DNA of 64,000 nucleotides, from assembly GCA_903928565.1 (NCBI GenBank), contig CAIYRH010000007.1, positions 14,139 to 78,138 on the forward strand, read 5' to 3'. A model generated the notes under the pieces. It was not told the origin of the DNA. It was given only the letters and a program-made list of their open reading frames with translations, and did no database searches. A program made the translations under genes and the position numbers. This DNA is from Candidatus Staskawiczbacteria bacterium. Lineage in GTDB: Bacteria; Patescibacteriota; Minisyncoccia; Minisyncoccales; Staskawiczbacteraceae. Shown here piece by piece: positions 1 through 8,400 of this stretch; positions within the stretch are counted from its first letter, which is position 1; each line of letters opens with the position of its first letter.

Positions 1-467
1 CCTCCAATGAAATTAACCAACAATTCTGTGGCCTCTGAATTTATTTTTGACTTCTTATTAGCAAATTCAACGACAATCCATTTTTTCAAATCGTTAGGCG
101 AAAGACTATCAAAACTTTGGCACTTCGCATGCTTCTGTAATGCCTTAAATAATTTGGTTCTTTGGTCGGGAGCAGAATCTTCATAAACAACCACAATGTC
201 TTGTATTTCTTCTAAATTTTTTATGGCTTCAAGAAAATCTTCTTGAAATTTTTTGTTAATGAAGACGTTCTTTAAAATTATTAACTTTTTCTCTGCAAAC
301 ATCGAATTAATTTTTAAATTGCTATAAAAATCGCTAAAACTATTGGCAGACACGTCTATATAAATTAAGTTTAATCCAGATTTATGTTTTTCTTTGTAAC
401 TTAAAACTATCTCTTCTAGTTTCCTTTTTGACCTATATGAATCTTGTCCGAATAAAAAAATTATCAT
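1..467 (-). CDS. holA: DNA polymerase III delta subunit-like (N-terminal part; gene continues beyond window start)
   Basis: Own minus-strand translation from ATG at 467: MIIFLFGQDSYRSKRKLEEIVLSYKEKHKSGLNLIYIDVS...FAEKKLIILKNVF. This is the usual N-terminal pattern of delta subunits. The start overlaps the mutM stop as ATGA. Absent from the ORF track because it is open at the window edge. Confidence 0.5.
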   Translation of the reverse strand, partial: MIIFLFGQDSYRSKRKLEEIVLSYKEKHKSGLNLIYIDVSANSFSDFYSNLKINSMFAEKKLIILKNVFINKKFQEDFLEAIKNLEEIQDIVVVYEDSAPDQRTKLFKALQKHAKCQSFDSLSPNDLKKWIVVEFANKKSKINSEATELLVNFIG

Positions 468-1336
468 TTTTGGCATTTGGGGCAAAAGAATGCACTTCTG
501 CCACCAAACTTTATTCTTTTAATTTTTTCTCCACACCTTATACACTTTTGATTTTCTCTTTTATAAACCCGCCTTTCGGTATCAAAGTCTCCCTTAGAAC
601 CATCGGGTTTGCGGTAGTCAGAAAAGCTTTCTCCGCCCAATTTAACACCCATAACCAAAACCTTATTTATGGCTTTGTAAATCAACTCTAACTCTTTTGC
701 CGTTAAATTTGCAACACTTTTTTCGGGATGGACTTTTGCCTGCCATAAAATTTCTGAAGAATAAATATTCCCAATGCCCGCAATTATTTCAGGCACCATT
801 AAAACTTGTTTTACCTTGCCTTTTTTGTTTTTTAATACTTCTTTAAATTTTTCTAAAGTAAAACTTCTTTCAAGGGGTTCGGGCCCTAAATTTTTAAACT
901 CATTTGAATTTAACAATTCTTTTGTATTCCACAATTCAATTTTGGCAAATTTTCTGGCATCGGAAAGAGCCATCATTTCTCCATTATTTAAAAAGAATAT
1001 TATATGCAAGAATCTGTTATAGGGGTCATTAAGTGGCCCTTTTTTAATTGGTTTCCAGGTGTTATTATTCAGCGCCCACTTCCCAACCAGCAAGTGCCCT
1101 GTCATTTTTTGGTGCACTAAAAGCGATGCTTCGCCAGACAATTCAAAAATAATATTTTTAGCTCGGCGCCAAATTTTTTTTATTTTTTTATTTTTTATTT
1201 CTTTTTCAAACTGTTTAAAGTCTTTTGGTTTTTTAACTGTTTTTTTCCAATCTGACCACACACCAACAAAGGTCCTGTTAAGGACCTTTGCATTTAAACC
1301 TTTTACTGTTGTTTCCACTTCGGGCAATTCTGGCAT
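464..1336 (-). CDS. mutM: Formamidopyrimidine-DNA glycosylase (Fpg/MutM)
   Basis: N-terminus MPELPEVET (catalytic Pro2/Glu3 motif). C-terminal zinc finger CIRCGEKI...FFCPKCQK. 290 aa. Confidence 0.9.
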   Translation of the reverse strand: MPELPEVETTVKGLNAKVLNRTFVGVWSDWKKTVKKPKDFKQFEKEIKNKKIKKIWRRAKNIIFELSGEASLLVHQKMTGHLLVGKWALNNNTWKPIKKGPLNDPYNRFLHIIFFLNNGEMMALSDARKFAKIELWNTKELLNSNEFKNLGPEPLERSFTLEKFKEVLKNKKGKVKQVLMVPEIIAGIGNIYSSEILWQAKVHPEKSVANLTAKELELIYKAINKVLVMGVKLGGESFSDYRKPDGSKGDFDTERRVYKRENQKCIRCGEKIKRIKFGGRSAFFCPKCQK

Positions 1337-1351
1337 ATATAAAACGATTTT

Positions 1352-1903
1352 TTAAACTGTTTCTTTTTTTGCTTTTATTTTATCAATTTCACTTTTAATA
1401 TCAGTGGCTTCTGCAACTCTTTCTTGCGCCTGCCCCTGCAATTTTGCCGCCTCCTGCATAAGTTTTTCAATTTCAATTGTTCTGTTTTTAACTTTTTGCT
1501 CTAGGGCATTTATTGTTTCTTGTAAATCTTGCGTTTTTGCTTTAACTTTTATTCCAACAGACTTTTCCGAGTTTGCGGCATTGGCTCTGCTGGTTTCTAG
1601 GTCGTCTGCTATTTTGTTAAAAATTTGAGCAAGCTCTCCAAATTCGTCTTTTGTTTCTAAATAAAATCTGGTTTTTAAATCTCCGTTGCTTAAATTTATT
1701 GCTCTTTTTAATATTTTTTGTACCGGAGCCGAAACCGTTTGCCCCACATGCAAACCATAAAAGAATATAAACACAGATAATAAAAATAAAATTATATAAA
1801 AACTTGGGTCTAAACCTTCGGGGTTTAAAGCTAAAAATACAACAACTGCAAACATTCCTGCCAAGATTACCGGTAGAGCTACTTTAAATGATATTTTCTC
1901 CAT
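1352..1903 (-). CDS. Membrane protein with HAMP domain and coiled-coil tail
   Basis: Two N-terminal hydrophobic helices, then a HAMP-like segment (PVQKILKRAINLSNGDLKTRFYLETKDEFGELAQIFNKIADDLE), then a heptad-rich C-terminus. Confidence 0.6.
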   Translation of the reverse strand: MEKISFKVALPVILAGMFAVVVFLALNPEGLDPSFYIILFLLSVFIFFYGLHVGQTVSAPVQKILKRAINLSNGDLKTRFYLETKDEFGELAQIFNKIADDLETSRANAANSEKSVGIKVKAKTQDLQETINALEQKVKNRTIEIEKLMQEAAKLQGQAQERVAEATDIKSEIDKIKAKKETV

Positions 1904-1937
1904 ATTTTAGAATAAATTTATTGTTAACATTAATTAA

Positions 1938-2819
1938 TTAATTATAACCCAGTTGTGGTATGCGGTCAACGAGACTATAAAACTCCAAACTATTAAAAAC
2001 TTCCGCCAATTTTTTTGCATCAAATTTGCCAAATTTACAATCTTCAATTACAAAATCTATTTCAACATTAGACTTCATTTGAGCTAAGTCGCGTGACATT
2101 AAGGCCGACTCTTTGTTTTGTTTTAATGCCTCTTTTACTTTTGGTTTTAAAATGGCGGTATCTGTAGCAAGTTCTTCGTAAAGATTTTTTATATTGCCAT
2201 ATTTTTGAATAATTTCCGCTGCCGTTTTTTTGCCAATGCCCGCAACTCCGGGGATATTGTCAGAAGCGTCGCCGGTTAAAGCTTTAAAATCTACCATTTG
2301 TTCGGGCTCCACTCCAAACCTTTCACGTACTTTTGCCGTGTCATAAATTACGGTGTCTTTTATTCCTTTGCCCAAAGTATAAACTTTAATTTTTTCGTTG
2401 ACAAGCTGAGTGTTGTCCATGTCTCCCGAAACAATAAAAATATCCAAATTAGGTGTTTTAGCACAAATGGTAGCAATTAAGTCGTCGGCCTCTACGCCTT
2501 CTTTTGCAAAAATAGGAATTTGCAAGGCTTCTACAACTGTTTTTGTAACAGGAATTTGTGAAACAATTCCACTAGGTGTTACAGGGCGTTGTGCCTTATA
2601 ATCTTTATACATTTCGTGCCTAAAAGTTGGCATTTTTGTGTCGAAACAAGCTACAACATACTCTGGCTTCAGATCGTTAATAGCCTTAAACAAAGTAAGC
2701 AAATACCCGTAAACCGCCCCAGTCTCCTGCCCCGCTTTTGTCATTAGCGGTGGCAAGGCATGAAACGACCTGTGCAACAACGCATTCGAATCAATAATAA
2801 TTAACCTTTTATTTTCCAT
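1938..2819 (-). CDS. Stand-alone 5'-3' exonuclease (Pol I N-terminal / FEN-like)
   Basis: LIIIDSNALLHRSFHALP near the N-terminus. GDASDNIPGVAGIGKKTAAEII helix-hairpin-helix motif. 293 aa with no polymerase domain. Confidence 0.85.
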   Translation of the reverse strand: MENKRLIIIDSNALLHRSFHALPPLMTKAGQETGAVYGYLLTLFKAINDLKPEYVVACFDTKMPTFRHEMYKDYKAQRPVTPSGIVSQIPVTKTVVEALQIPIFAKEGVEADDLIATICAKTPNLDIFIVSGDMDNTQLVNEKIKVYTLGKGIKDTVIYDTAKVRERFGVEPEQMVDFKALTGDASDNIPGVAGIGKKTAAEIIQKYGNIKNLYEELATDTAILKPKVKEALKQNKESALMSRDLAQMKSNVEIDFVIEDCKFGKFDAKKLAEVFNSLEFYSLVDRIPQLGYN

Positions 2820-2830
2820 TGCTAATTATA

Positions 2831-3295
2831 TCACGCTTTTAATTTTATTTCCCTTTTGTTTTCTGTGAGTGTTTTGAAATTTATTTTGATGATATTTTTA
2901 GGGAGGGCTTTTTTTATTCGTTCGGGCCATTCAATTGCCACAATGTTTTTTGGGTTAGAAATAATTTCTTTCCAGCCTAATTCCAAAACGTCTTTCTCGT
3001 CTTTTAGTCTGTAACAATCAAAATGGTAAAAGATATTAAAATGCTTCATAACTACATAAGTAGGGCTTAAGACTTTTTCTTTAATGCCCAAGCCTATGGC
3101 AAACCCCTGCAAAAATGTAGTTTTACCTGCCCCCAAATTACCGCGCAACGCCAAAACCGTAGCCTTCGGTTCGCCGAAGCCACGCGCGGAGGCGACAGTT
3201 TTTTGTGAAGTCCGACTTAACAAAATTTCTTTGGCCAGGTTCTCACCCAATTTTTGTGTGTCTTTTGCGCTTTTTGTTATGTGAGTTATTAACAT
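2831..3295 (-). CDS. tsaE: tRNA t6A biosynthesis ATPase TsaE (YjeE family)
   Basis: P-loop LRGNLGAGKTTFLQG and a size (154 aa) typical of TsaE. Carries an extra GC-rich segment encoding VASARGFGEPKA just before the P-loop. Confidence 0.8.
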   Translation of the reverse strand: MLITHITKSAKDTQKLGENLAKEILLSRTSQKTVASARGFGEPKATVLALRGNLGAGKTTFLQGFAIGLGIKEKVLSPTYVVMKHFNIFYHFDCYRLKDEKDVLELGWKEIISNPKNIVAIEWPERIKKALPKNIIKINFKTLTENKREIKLKA

Positions 3296-3341
3296 TGACT
3301 TATATAGCTAAATTTTATAGGGTATATTAACCTTTAAATAT

Positions 3342-4040
3342 ATGGAAAATCAAGAAACAAAAAATTTAATTAATGACTCTAAAAATATTTATTTAATAAC
3401 GTCTCAGGAGCCCGAAGCCATAGCTTCAACGCTGGCTCTTTTTTATACTTTAAAAGATTTAGGCAAAAATGTAAACTTGCTCATTGACGAATTGCTCGAA
3501 AATTTGAAGTTTTTGTCCCCCTCTATAGATTTTATTTCTTACCCAAAGAATTTTGTAATGTCCATTCCAAACAGCGTAGCTCAAATTTCTCAAATTTATT
3601 ACGAAAAAAATGACGAAGCATTAAAAGTTCATCTAACACTCAACGGCGGGATTATAAAAAAAGATAATATTTCTTTTTATTTTGCCGAGGCAAAACCCGA
3701 TTTAATTATAACAGTTGGCATTAAAGATTATCAAAAAGAGCTGGCAGAAAAGTTAAATTCATATGGCTTTTTATTAGATTCGCCAGTTGTGGATATCGAT
3801 AATAGCCAAGAGAACCAAAAATTTGGTAAAATTAACTTAATAAAAGACTGCTCACTTGCAGAGATAGTTGTTGGTTTAACTGAAAACCTTACAAAAGAGT
3901 CGGCGCAATGCTTATTAACGGGTTTAGTAATTTATACAGACAATTTTAAAAAAAATCTTACTGCAGAAATTTTTGAGCTGTCTGCAAAATTAATGAAAAA
4001 TGGAGCCGATTTAAAAATAATAACAGAAAATATAAAATAA
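3342..4040 (+). CDS. DHH-family-like protein, apparently degenerate (catalytic DHH/DxD motifs not visible)
   Basis: The N-terminal pattern IYLITSQEPEAIASTLALFYTLKDLGKNVNLL resembles NrnA-like DHH domains, but the acidic and His residues are replaced. 232 aa. Confidence 0.3.
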   Translation: MENQETKNLINDSKNIYLITSQEPEAIASTLALFYTLKDLGKNVNLLIDELLENLKFLSPSIDFISYPKNFVMSIPNSVAQISQIYYEKNDEALKVHLTLNGGIIKKDNISFYFAEAKPDLIITVGIKDYQKELAEKLNSYGFLLDSPVVDIDNSQENQKFGKINLIKDCSLAEIVVGLTENLTKESAQCLLTGLVIYTDNFKKNLTAEIFELSAKLMKNGADLKIITENIK

Positions 4041-4042
4041 TT

Positions 4043-5374
4043 ATGGAAGAAAATAAAAAACTGCTTGGTTCGGTAACAATTTCGCCAAAAATTATTGAAG
4101 AAGTTAAAGCCCAAGTTAAAGACATTGGCGGTTTTAAGAAAAAAATTGAAGAATATTTAGTGGCCAGCATCACTGATTTATTAGATGTTATTTTATATGG
4201 CGCCATTACTTTAGATGTTTCCGACATCCACTTAGAGCCTCAAGAAAAAGAGGCCCGACTGCGAATTAGGCTAGATGGTATTTTACAAGATGTTGTTTTT
4301 TTTGATCATGCTGCCTACAAACACTTAATTTCAAGGTTAAAACTGCTTTCAAAACTTAAACTAAACATTACCGACAAACCACAAGACGGAAGATATACAA
4401 TTGAGGTTGATGAATTGTTAATTGAAGTTAGAACTTCCAGCTTGCCCGCCGAATATGGAGAATCTATTGTTATGAGAATTTTAAATCCAAAAAGTTTAAT
4501 TTCTTTAGACGACTTGGGTTTAAGAGAAGACCTTTATAAAACTTTTCAAAAAGAAATTGATAAACCAAACGGAATGATTATTGTTACAGGTCCTACGGGC
4601 GCGGGAAAAACAACAACTCTTTATGCTTTTTTGAAAAAAATTCAAAACCCCGAAATTAAAATTATTACCATTGAAGATCCAATTGAATATCACCTAACCG
4701 GAGTTTCACAAACGCAAGTTGCACCAGAAAAAGGCTATGACTTTTCCGATGGCTTAAGATCTATTGTAAGGCAAGACCCAGATGTTATCTTGGTTGGAGA
4801 AATTAGAGACTTAGAAACCGCTAAAATAGCCCTGCAAGCCGCCCTTACCGGTCACCTGGTACTTTCTACATTACACACTAACGATGCAGCTGGAACCATT
4901 CCACGACTTGTAGACCTTGGCGTAGAACCAGCAACCATTGCTTCTGGCCTAAAAATGGCAGTTGCCCAAAGACTTACCAGAAAAGTTTGCAAAAAATGTT
5001 CCACGCTTGTTGCCCCAGATGCTGGAATTTTGGCCAGTTTAAAAAAGGGGTTAAAAAATTTGCCAAAAGAAATCAAAATTCCCGAATTAGATAAAGTGCA
5101 AATTGCAAAAGCCAAAGAAGGCGGATGCAAAGATTGTAACTTCACGGGATATAAAGGAAGGCAGGGTTTATTTGAAGCATTTTTGGTAGATTCAGAAATG
5201 GAAAGATTTATTTTAACCAATCCCCCAGTTTCTGAGGTTAGAAACTTAGCAATTAAAAAGGGCATGGTAACTATGTGGCAATCGGGGTTAATAGATGTTG
5301 CAGAAGGCAGAACAACAATGGATGAAGTTTTGCGCGTTGTTGAAGAAGATGAAAATAAAATAATAGATCAATAA
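4043..5374 (+). CDS. GspE/PilB-family secretion ATPase (type II secretion / type IV pilus assembly ATPase)
   Basis: Walker A VTGPTGAGKTTTLYAF, Asp box, Walker B ILVGEIRD, His box LSTLHTND, and a C-terminal tetracysteine cluster CKKC...CKDC. Confidence 0.85.
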   Translation: MEENKKLLGSVTISPKIIEEVKAQVKDIGGFKKKIEEYLVASITDLLDVILYGAITLDVSDIHLEPQEKEARLRIRLDGILQDVVFFDHAAYKHLISRLKLLSKLKLNITDKPQDGRYTIEVDELLIEVRTSSLPAEYGESIVMRILNPKSLISLDDLGLREDLYKTFQKEIDKPNGMIIVTGPTGAGKTTTLYAFLKKIQNPEIKIITIEDPIEYHLTGVSQTQVAPEKGYDFSDGLRSIVRQDPDVILVGEIRDLETAKIALQAALTGHLVLSTLHTNDAAGTIPRLVDLGVEPATIASGLKMAVAQRLTRKVCKKCSTLVAPDAGILASLKKGLKNLPKEIKIPELDKVQIAKAKEGGCKDCNFTGYKGRQGLFEAFLVDSEMERFILTNPPVSEVRNLAIKKGMVTMWQSGLIDVAEGRTTMDEVLRVVEEDENKIIDQ

Positions 5375-5377
5375 TTT

Positions 5378-5728
5378 ATGCCAAAAGAACCAGGCGAAAA
5401 ATTCCCAGAACACGACCCTGAGGCCAAACATGAAACGTCTGTTGTGGCCTTAAATGCGCTTAGAGGGTTTTATGTTTCCATGGCAGATGTTGAGGGGTTT
5501 GGCGCTGATAAGGTAGACTTAAACAGAATTGCCTTTAACGGTGATTATGGGAATATGAAACAAAGAGATATTTTAGCAGAAACATTAGAGGCAGTTGAGG
5601 AACATATAATTGACCTTCGTGGCGACTTAAGAGATGCGGCAGATGAATTAATTAGAAAAGCTAGAATATATTTATTAGACTATGACGCCAGAAACGAACC
5701 CGATACCTGGGGAAAAGCTGAAAAATAA
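5378..5728 (+). CDS. Hypothetical acidic protein
   Basis: 116-aa ORF starting 3 nt after the ATPase gene. No recognisable motif. Confidence 0.4.
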   Translation: MPKEPGEKFPEHDPEAKHETSVVALNALRGFYVSMADVEGFGADKVDLNRIAFNGDYGNMKQRDILAETLEAVEEHIIDLRGDLRDAADELIRKARIYLLDYDARNEPDTWGKAEK

Positions 5729-5729
5729 C

Positions 5730-5888
5730 AAAAAAAAGCGGCCTTAGAGCTGGAGGTGTTCTTATGTCTGGGACATAAACAAAGATTTGCCTGAGGAATA
5801 ATCGAGCCGGAGCAAGATTATCCGAAACTGAGGTAAATCCAAATAAATACCTCCAACTCTAGAGCCGCTTATTGGTGTCAGTTCAATA
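5730..5888 (-). ncRNA. Candidate small RNA of unknown class: long imperfect hairpin followed by a U8 tract
   Basis: 5738-5757 (gcggccttagagctggaggt) pairs with 5849-5868 (acctccaactctagagccgc): 17 Watson-Crick pairs, 1 GU and 2 mismatches, enclosing further internal stems. On the minus strand the hairpin is followed by T8 (A-run 5730-5737 on plus). A TTGACA-17-TACAAT promoter lies upstream at 5923-5895. Confidence 0.35.
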
Positions 5889-5894
5889 TCTTCA

Positions 5895-5923
5895 ATTGTA
5901 GCATTTTTTAATATATATGTCAA
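5895..5923 (-). promoter_or_regulatory. Sigma70-type promoter reading leftward (TTGACA-17 nt-TACAAT)
   Basis: Minus strand reads gTTGACAtatatattaaaaaatgcTACAATtg. The -35 element overlaps the ruvB ATG (5917-5919). Confidence 0.45.
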
Positions 5924-6921
5924 CCCCTTTACCTAAACTTGATGAACAAACTTTAGACTCGGCTTTAAGGCCGAGTTCTTGGGCTGACTACGTTGGCCAA
6001 GACAAAATTAAAGAAAACATACAGGTAATTATTACCGCCGCCAAACAAAGGAGCCAAAGCCCCGACCATTTGTTGTTTTATGGCAATTCGGGCTTGGGCA
6101 AAACCACTCTTGCCTACTTAGTTGCAAACGAAATGGGTAAAAAAATAAAATCTACTTCGGGGCCAGCTCTTGAAAGAGCGGGAGATTTAGCTGCAATTTT
6201 AACAAATTTATCTGAAGGTGACGTTTTATTTTTAGATGAAATTCACAGAATTAACAAAACAATAGAAGAATATTTATATCCTGCACTTGAAGAATATAAA
6301 TTAAATTTAATTTTGGGCAAAGGGCCAATGGCGCGCACCATGGAACTAAAATTACCAAAATTTACTTTAATTGGTGCCACCACTCGCCCTGGTTTATTAT
6401 CCGCTCCCCTCCGCAACAGGTTTGGCGCAACATTTCAGCTTAACTTTTATAATTTAGAAGATATCAAAAAAATTATTGAACGCTCGGGCAGACTTTTAAA
6501 TATTAAGATGGAACCCGAAGCCGTAAAAGCAATTGCTGAACGCTCGCGCTTTACGCCAAGAGTTGCCAACCGCCTAGTAAAAAGAGTGCGAGATTTTGCC
6601 CAAGTGCAAAATGCAGAAATTATTACAGAAAAAATTGCCAAGCACGCGCTAGACTCTTTAGAGGTTGACTTAATGGGGCTAGAACCAAGCGACCGAAATA
6701 TTTTATTGGCCTTAATTGAAAAGTTTAATGGCGGGCCGGTTGGGTTGCAATCGTTAGCGGCGGCTGCCATGGAAGAAGAGGAAACAATTTTAGATATTTA
6801 CGAACCCTATTTAATGCAATGCGGTTTGCTTGAGCGCACTCCAAAAGGCCGAGTTGCCACCGCCTTAGCTTATAACCACCTGGGCCTTGGCCACCTTCGC
6901 AAACAATCTGGCTTATTCTAA
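5917..6921 (+). CDS. ruvB: Holliday junction branch migration helicase RuvB
   Basis: Walker A GNSGLGKTTLA, Walker B LFLDEIHR, a TTRPGLLSAPLRNRFG sensor region, and a winged-helix C-terminus. 334 aa. Confidence 0.95.
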   Translation: MSTPLPKLDEQTLDSALRPSSWADYVGQDKIKENIQVIITAAKQRSQSPDHLLFYGNSGLGKTTLAYLVANEMGKKIKSTSGPALERAGDLAAILTNLSEGDVLFLDEIHRINKTIEEYLYPALEEYKLNLILGKGPMARTMELKLPKFTLIGATTRPGLLSAPLRNRFGATFQLNFYNLEDIKKIIERSGRLLNIKMEPEAVKAIAERSRFTPRVANRLVKRVRDFAQVQNAEIITEKIAKHALDSLEVDLMGLEPSDRNILLALIEKFNGGPVGLQSLAAAAMEEEETILDIYEPYLMQCGLLERTPKGRVATALAYNHLGLGHLRKQSGLF

Positions 6922-6931
6922 ACAACCCAAT

Positions 6932-6958
6932 AAAAAACCGCCCCTCGGCGGTTTTTTT
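6932..6958. terminator. Bidirectional intrinsic terminator between convergent genes
   Basis: aaaaaa-CCGCC-cctc-GGCGG-ttttttt. Confidence 0.6.
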
Positions 6959-7697
6959 ATTTTCCCTTATTCCATTTTACGTTTTTTAGGAATGGAGAAT
7001 AGATATCTTCGTTAATGCTAATTAGCAAGGGGTCTTTTTTGTAGGTTTTAGTCTCAAATTTAATGTCGCCCGCGTCTTCAATAACGGCAATTGGGGTTTG
7101 CTCGGCGCCCTCGCCCATTTCATAAACTGCAGCCGAAGCCAAAGAATCAACTATATTTGTTTGCGACATTTTTAATTTTCTACCAAAAATATCTTTTTTA
7201 CCGCGGTAATCTCGCAAAGGGTTAAAACCATAATATGCTAAACCAAAACCCACAATACCCGTTCTTAAAGGAGTTGTGTGACTGTCGGAAATTATTACTC
7301 CAAAATTCTTTAACTTAAACTCTTTTTTAGTAAAGTTATATATTTCTTTAGCGTCGGCAAAAGGATTTTTTGGCCACATAACATAATATCCGTTAGAATT
7401 GCTTTCATCTATGCCTGCTGTAGGAATTAAAATGTTATCTTTCATAGTCAGCATTACGTTGTATTTTGGGTGAGTGCTTTTTAAGTAAAAATCAGCCTCT
7501 TTTTTTATTAGGCTATCTTTATCTGTTTTCTTATCTATCTTTATGCAATCTCCGCGCCAGATAGACACCACCTTAGAGGTAACAATTACTACAGACTTCT
7601 CTTTTGGCTTATATTTTAAAAAACTGTGCTTTAAAACAGAAAGCAAATCATCTTGTGGAGGAACTAGAGGCCTGGTTTTAATTACTTTTACTTGCAT
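6957..7697 (-). CDS. F420-0:gamma-glutamyl ligase (CofE)-family protein / putative gamma-glutamate ligase
   Basis: Family-typical stretches: VTSKVVSIWRG, IPTAGIDESNSNG, ISDSHTTPLRTGIVGFGLAYYGF, VDSLASAAVYEMGEGAEQTPIAVIED. Start placed at the internal Met (MQVKVIKT); the track ORF extends to 7721. Confidence 0.6.
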   Translation of the reverse strand: MQVKVIKTRPLVPPQDDLLSVLKHSFLKYKPKEKSVVIVTSKVVSIWRGDCIKIDKKTDKDSLIKKEADFYLKSTHPKYNVMLTMKDNILIPTAGIDESNSNGYYVMWPKNPFADAKEIYNFTKKEFKLKNFGVIISDSHTTPLRTGIVGFGLAYYGFNPLRDYRGKKDIFGRKLKMSQTNIVDSLASAAVYEMGEGAEQTPIAVIEDAGDIKFETKTYKKDPLLISINEDIYSPFLKNVKWNKGK

Positions 7698-8349
7698 TGA
7701 ATAAAAGCTCTGGCTTAACAAGCGGTTTTAATGCCGAGGCAAATTTAAGGTTTGTAAGTTTATCTAAAGCAAAATTAAAGGCCAAACAACTTGCCCAAAT
7801 TCCCACTGTAAAAACACCTCTTTCAATAAACACAACTGGAATTAAACTTATCCAAATTGCGGGAGTTAAGCCAAATGTGTAAAGAAATATTACCGAACCA
7901 ACTGCGTGGGCTGTAAAAGTTGCACCCAAACTATTTAAAATTAACTTTTTCTTAAAGAAGGTGGCTACAAATGGAATTAACCAAATTAAAGAATACTCCC
8001 ACGCCTGCCTACCAATTGGGTTTAATAAAAATAATAAAATACAAATTTGAAAAATAATTGCAGTAGATTTTTGTTTTAGTCCAAAATAAACAGCTGCTAA
8101 CATTGCCGGCAAAAACCTAATTATAGTTAGCAAGTCTAATTTTTGATGCAAAAATATTACGTTTAAGGCCCTTACAACAAAAGCCGAAACCCCGCCCAAA
8201 ATTGGCCCCAAAAACATTCCCCCAATTGGCCCCAGTAATTCAAACAAAGTAAAACTTTGCCCAGAACCAACAATTTTGTTCACTGAAACTTGAAAGGCCA
8301 GAAGTCCCAAAACGGTAAATATTATTGAAAATAAGATTTTCCTATTCAT
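7678..8349 (-). CDS. Polytopic membrane protein (possibly a vitamin/ECF-S-component-like transporter)
   Basis: 223 aa, about 6 hydrophobic helices. Overlaps and is co-oriented with the CofE-like gene. Function inferred only from context. Confidence 0.35.
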   Translation of the reverse strand: MNRKILFSIIFTVLGLLAFQVSVNKIVGSGQSFTLFELLGPIGGMFLGPILGGVSAFVVRALNVIFLHQKLDLLTIIRFLPAMLAAVYFGLKQKSTAIIFQICILLFLLNPIGRQAWEYSLIWLIPFVATFFKKKLILNSLGATFTAHAVGSVIFLYTFGLTPAIWISLIPVVFIERGVFTVGIWASCLAFNFALDKLTNLKFASALKPLVKPELLFNASKSN

Positions 8350-8400
8350 ATGTTTCTTTTATACTCCTTTTATTATAAAATACAATAATAAACTACATCT

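Noticed and set aside
5738-5868. Assigning the long hairpin to SRP RNA or 6S RNA
   Set aside because: I could not find the conserved SRP helix-8 motifs (GNRA loop with flanking AGCA/GGAA-type symmetric loop) or a convincing 6S central bubble by eye. It is left as unknown class pending a covariance-model scan.
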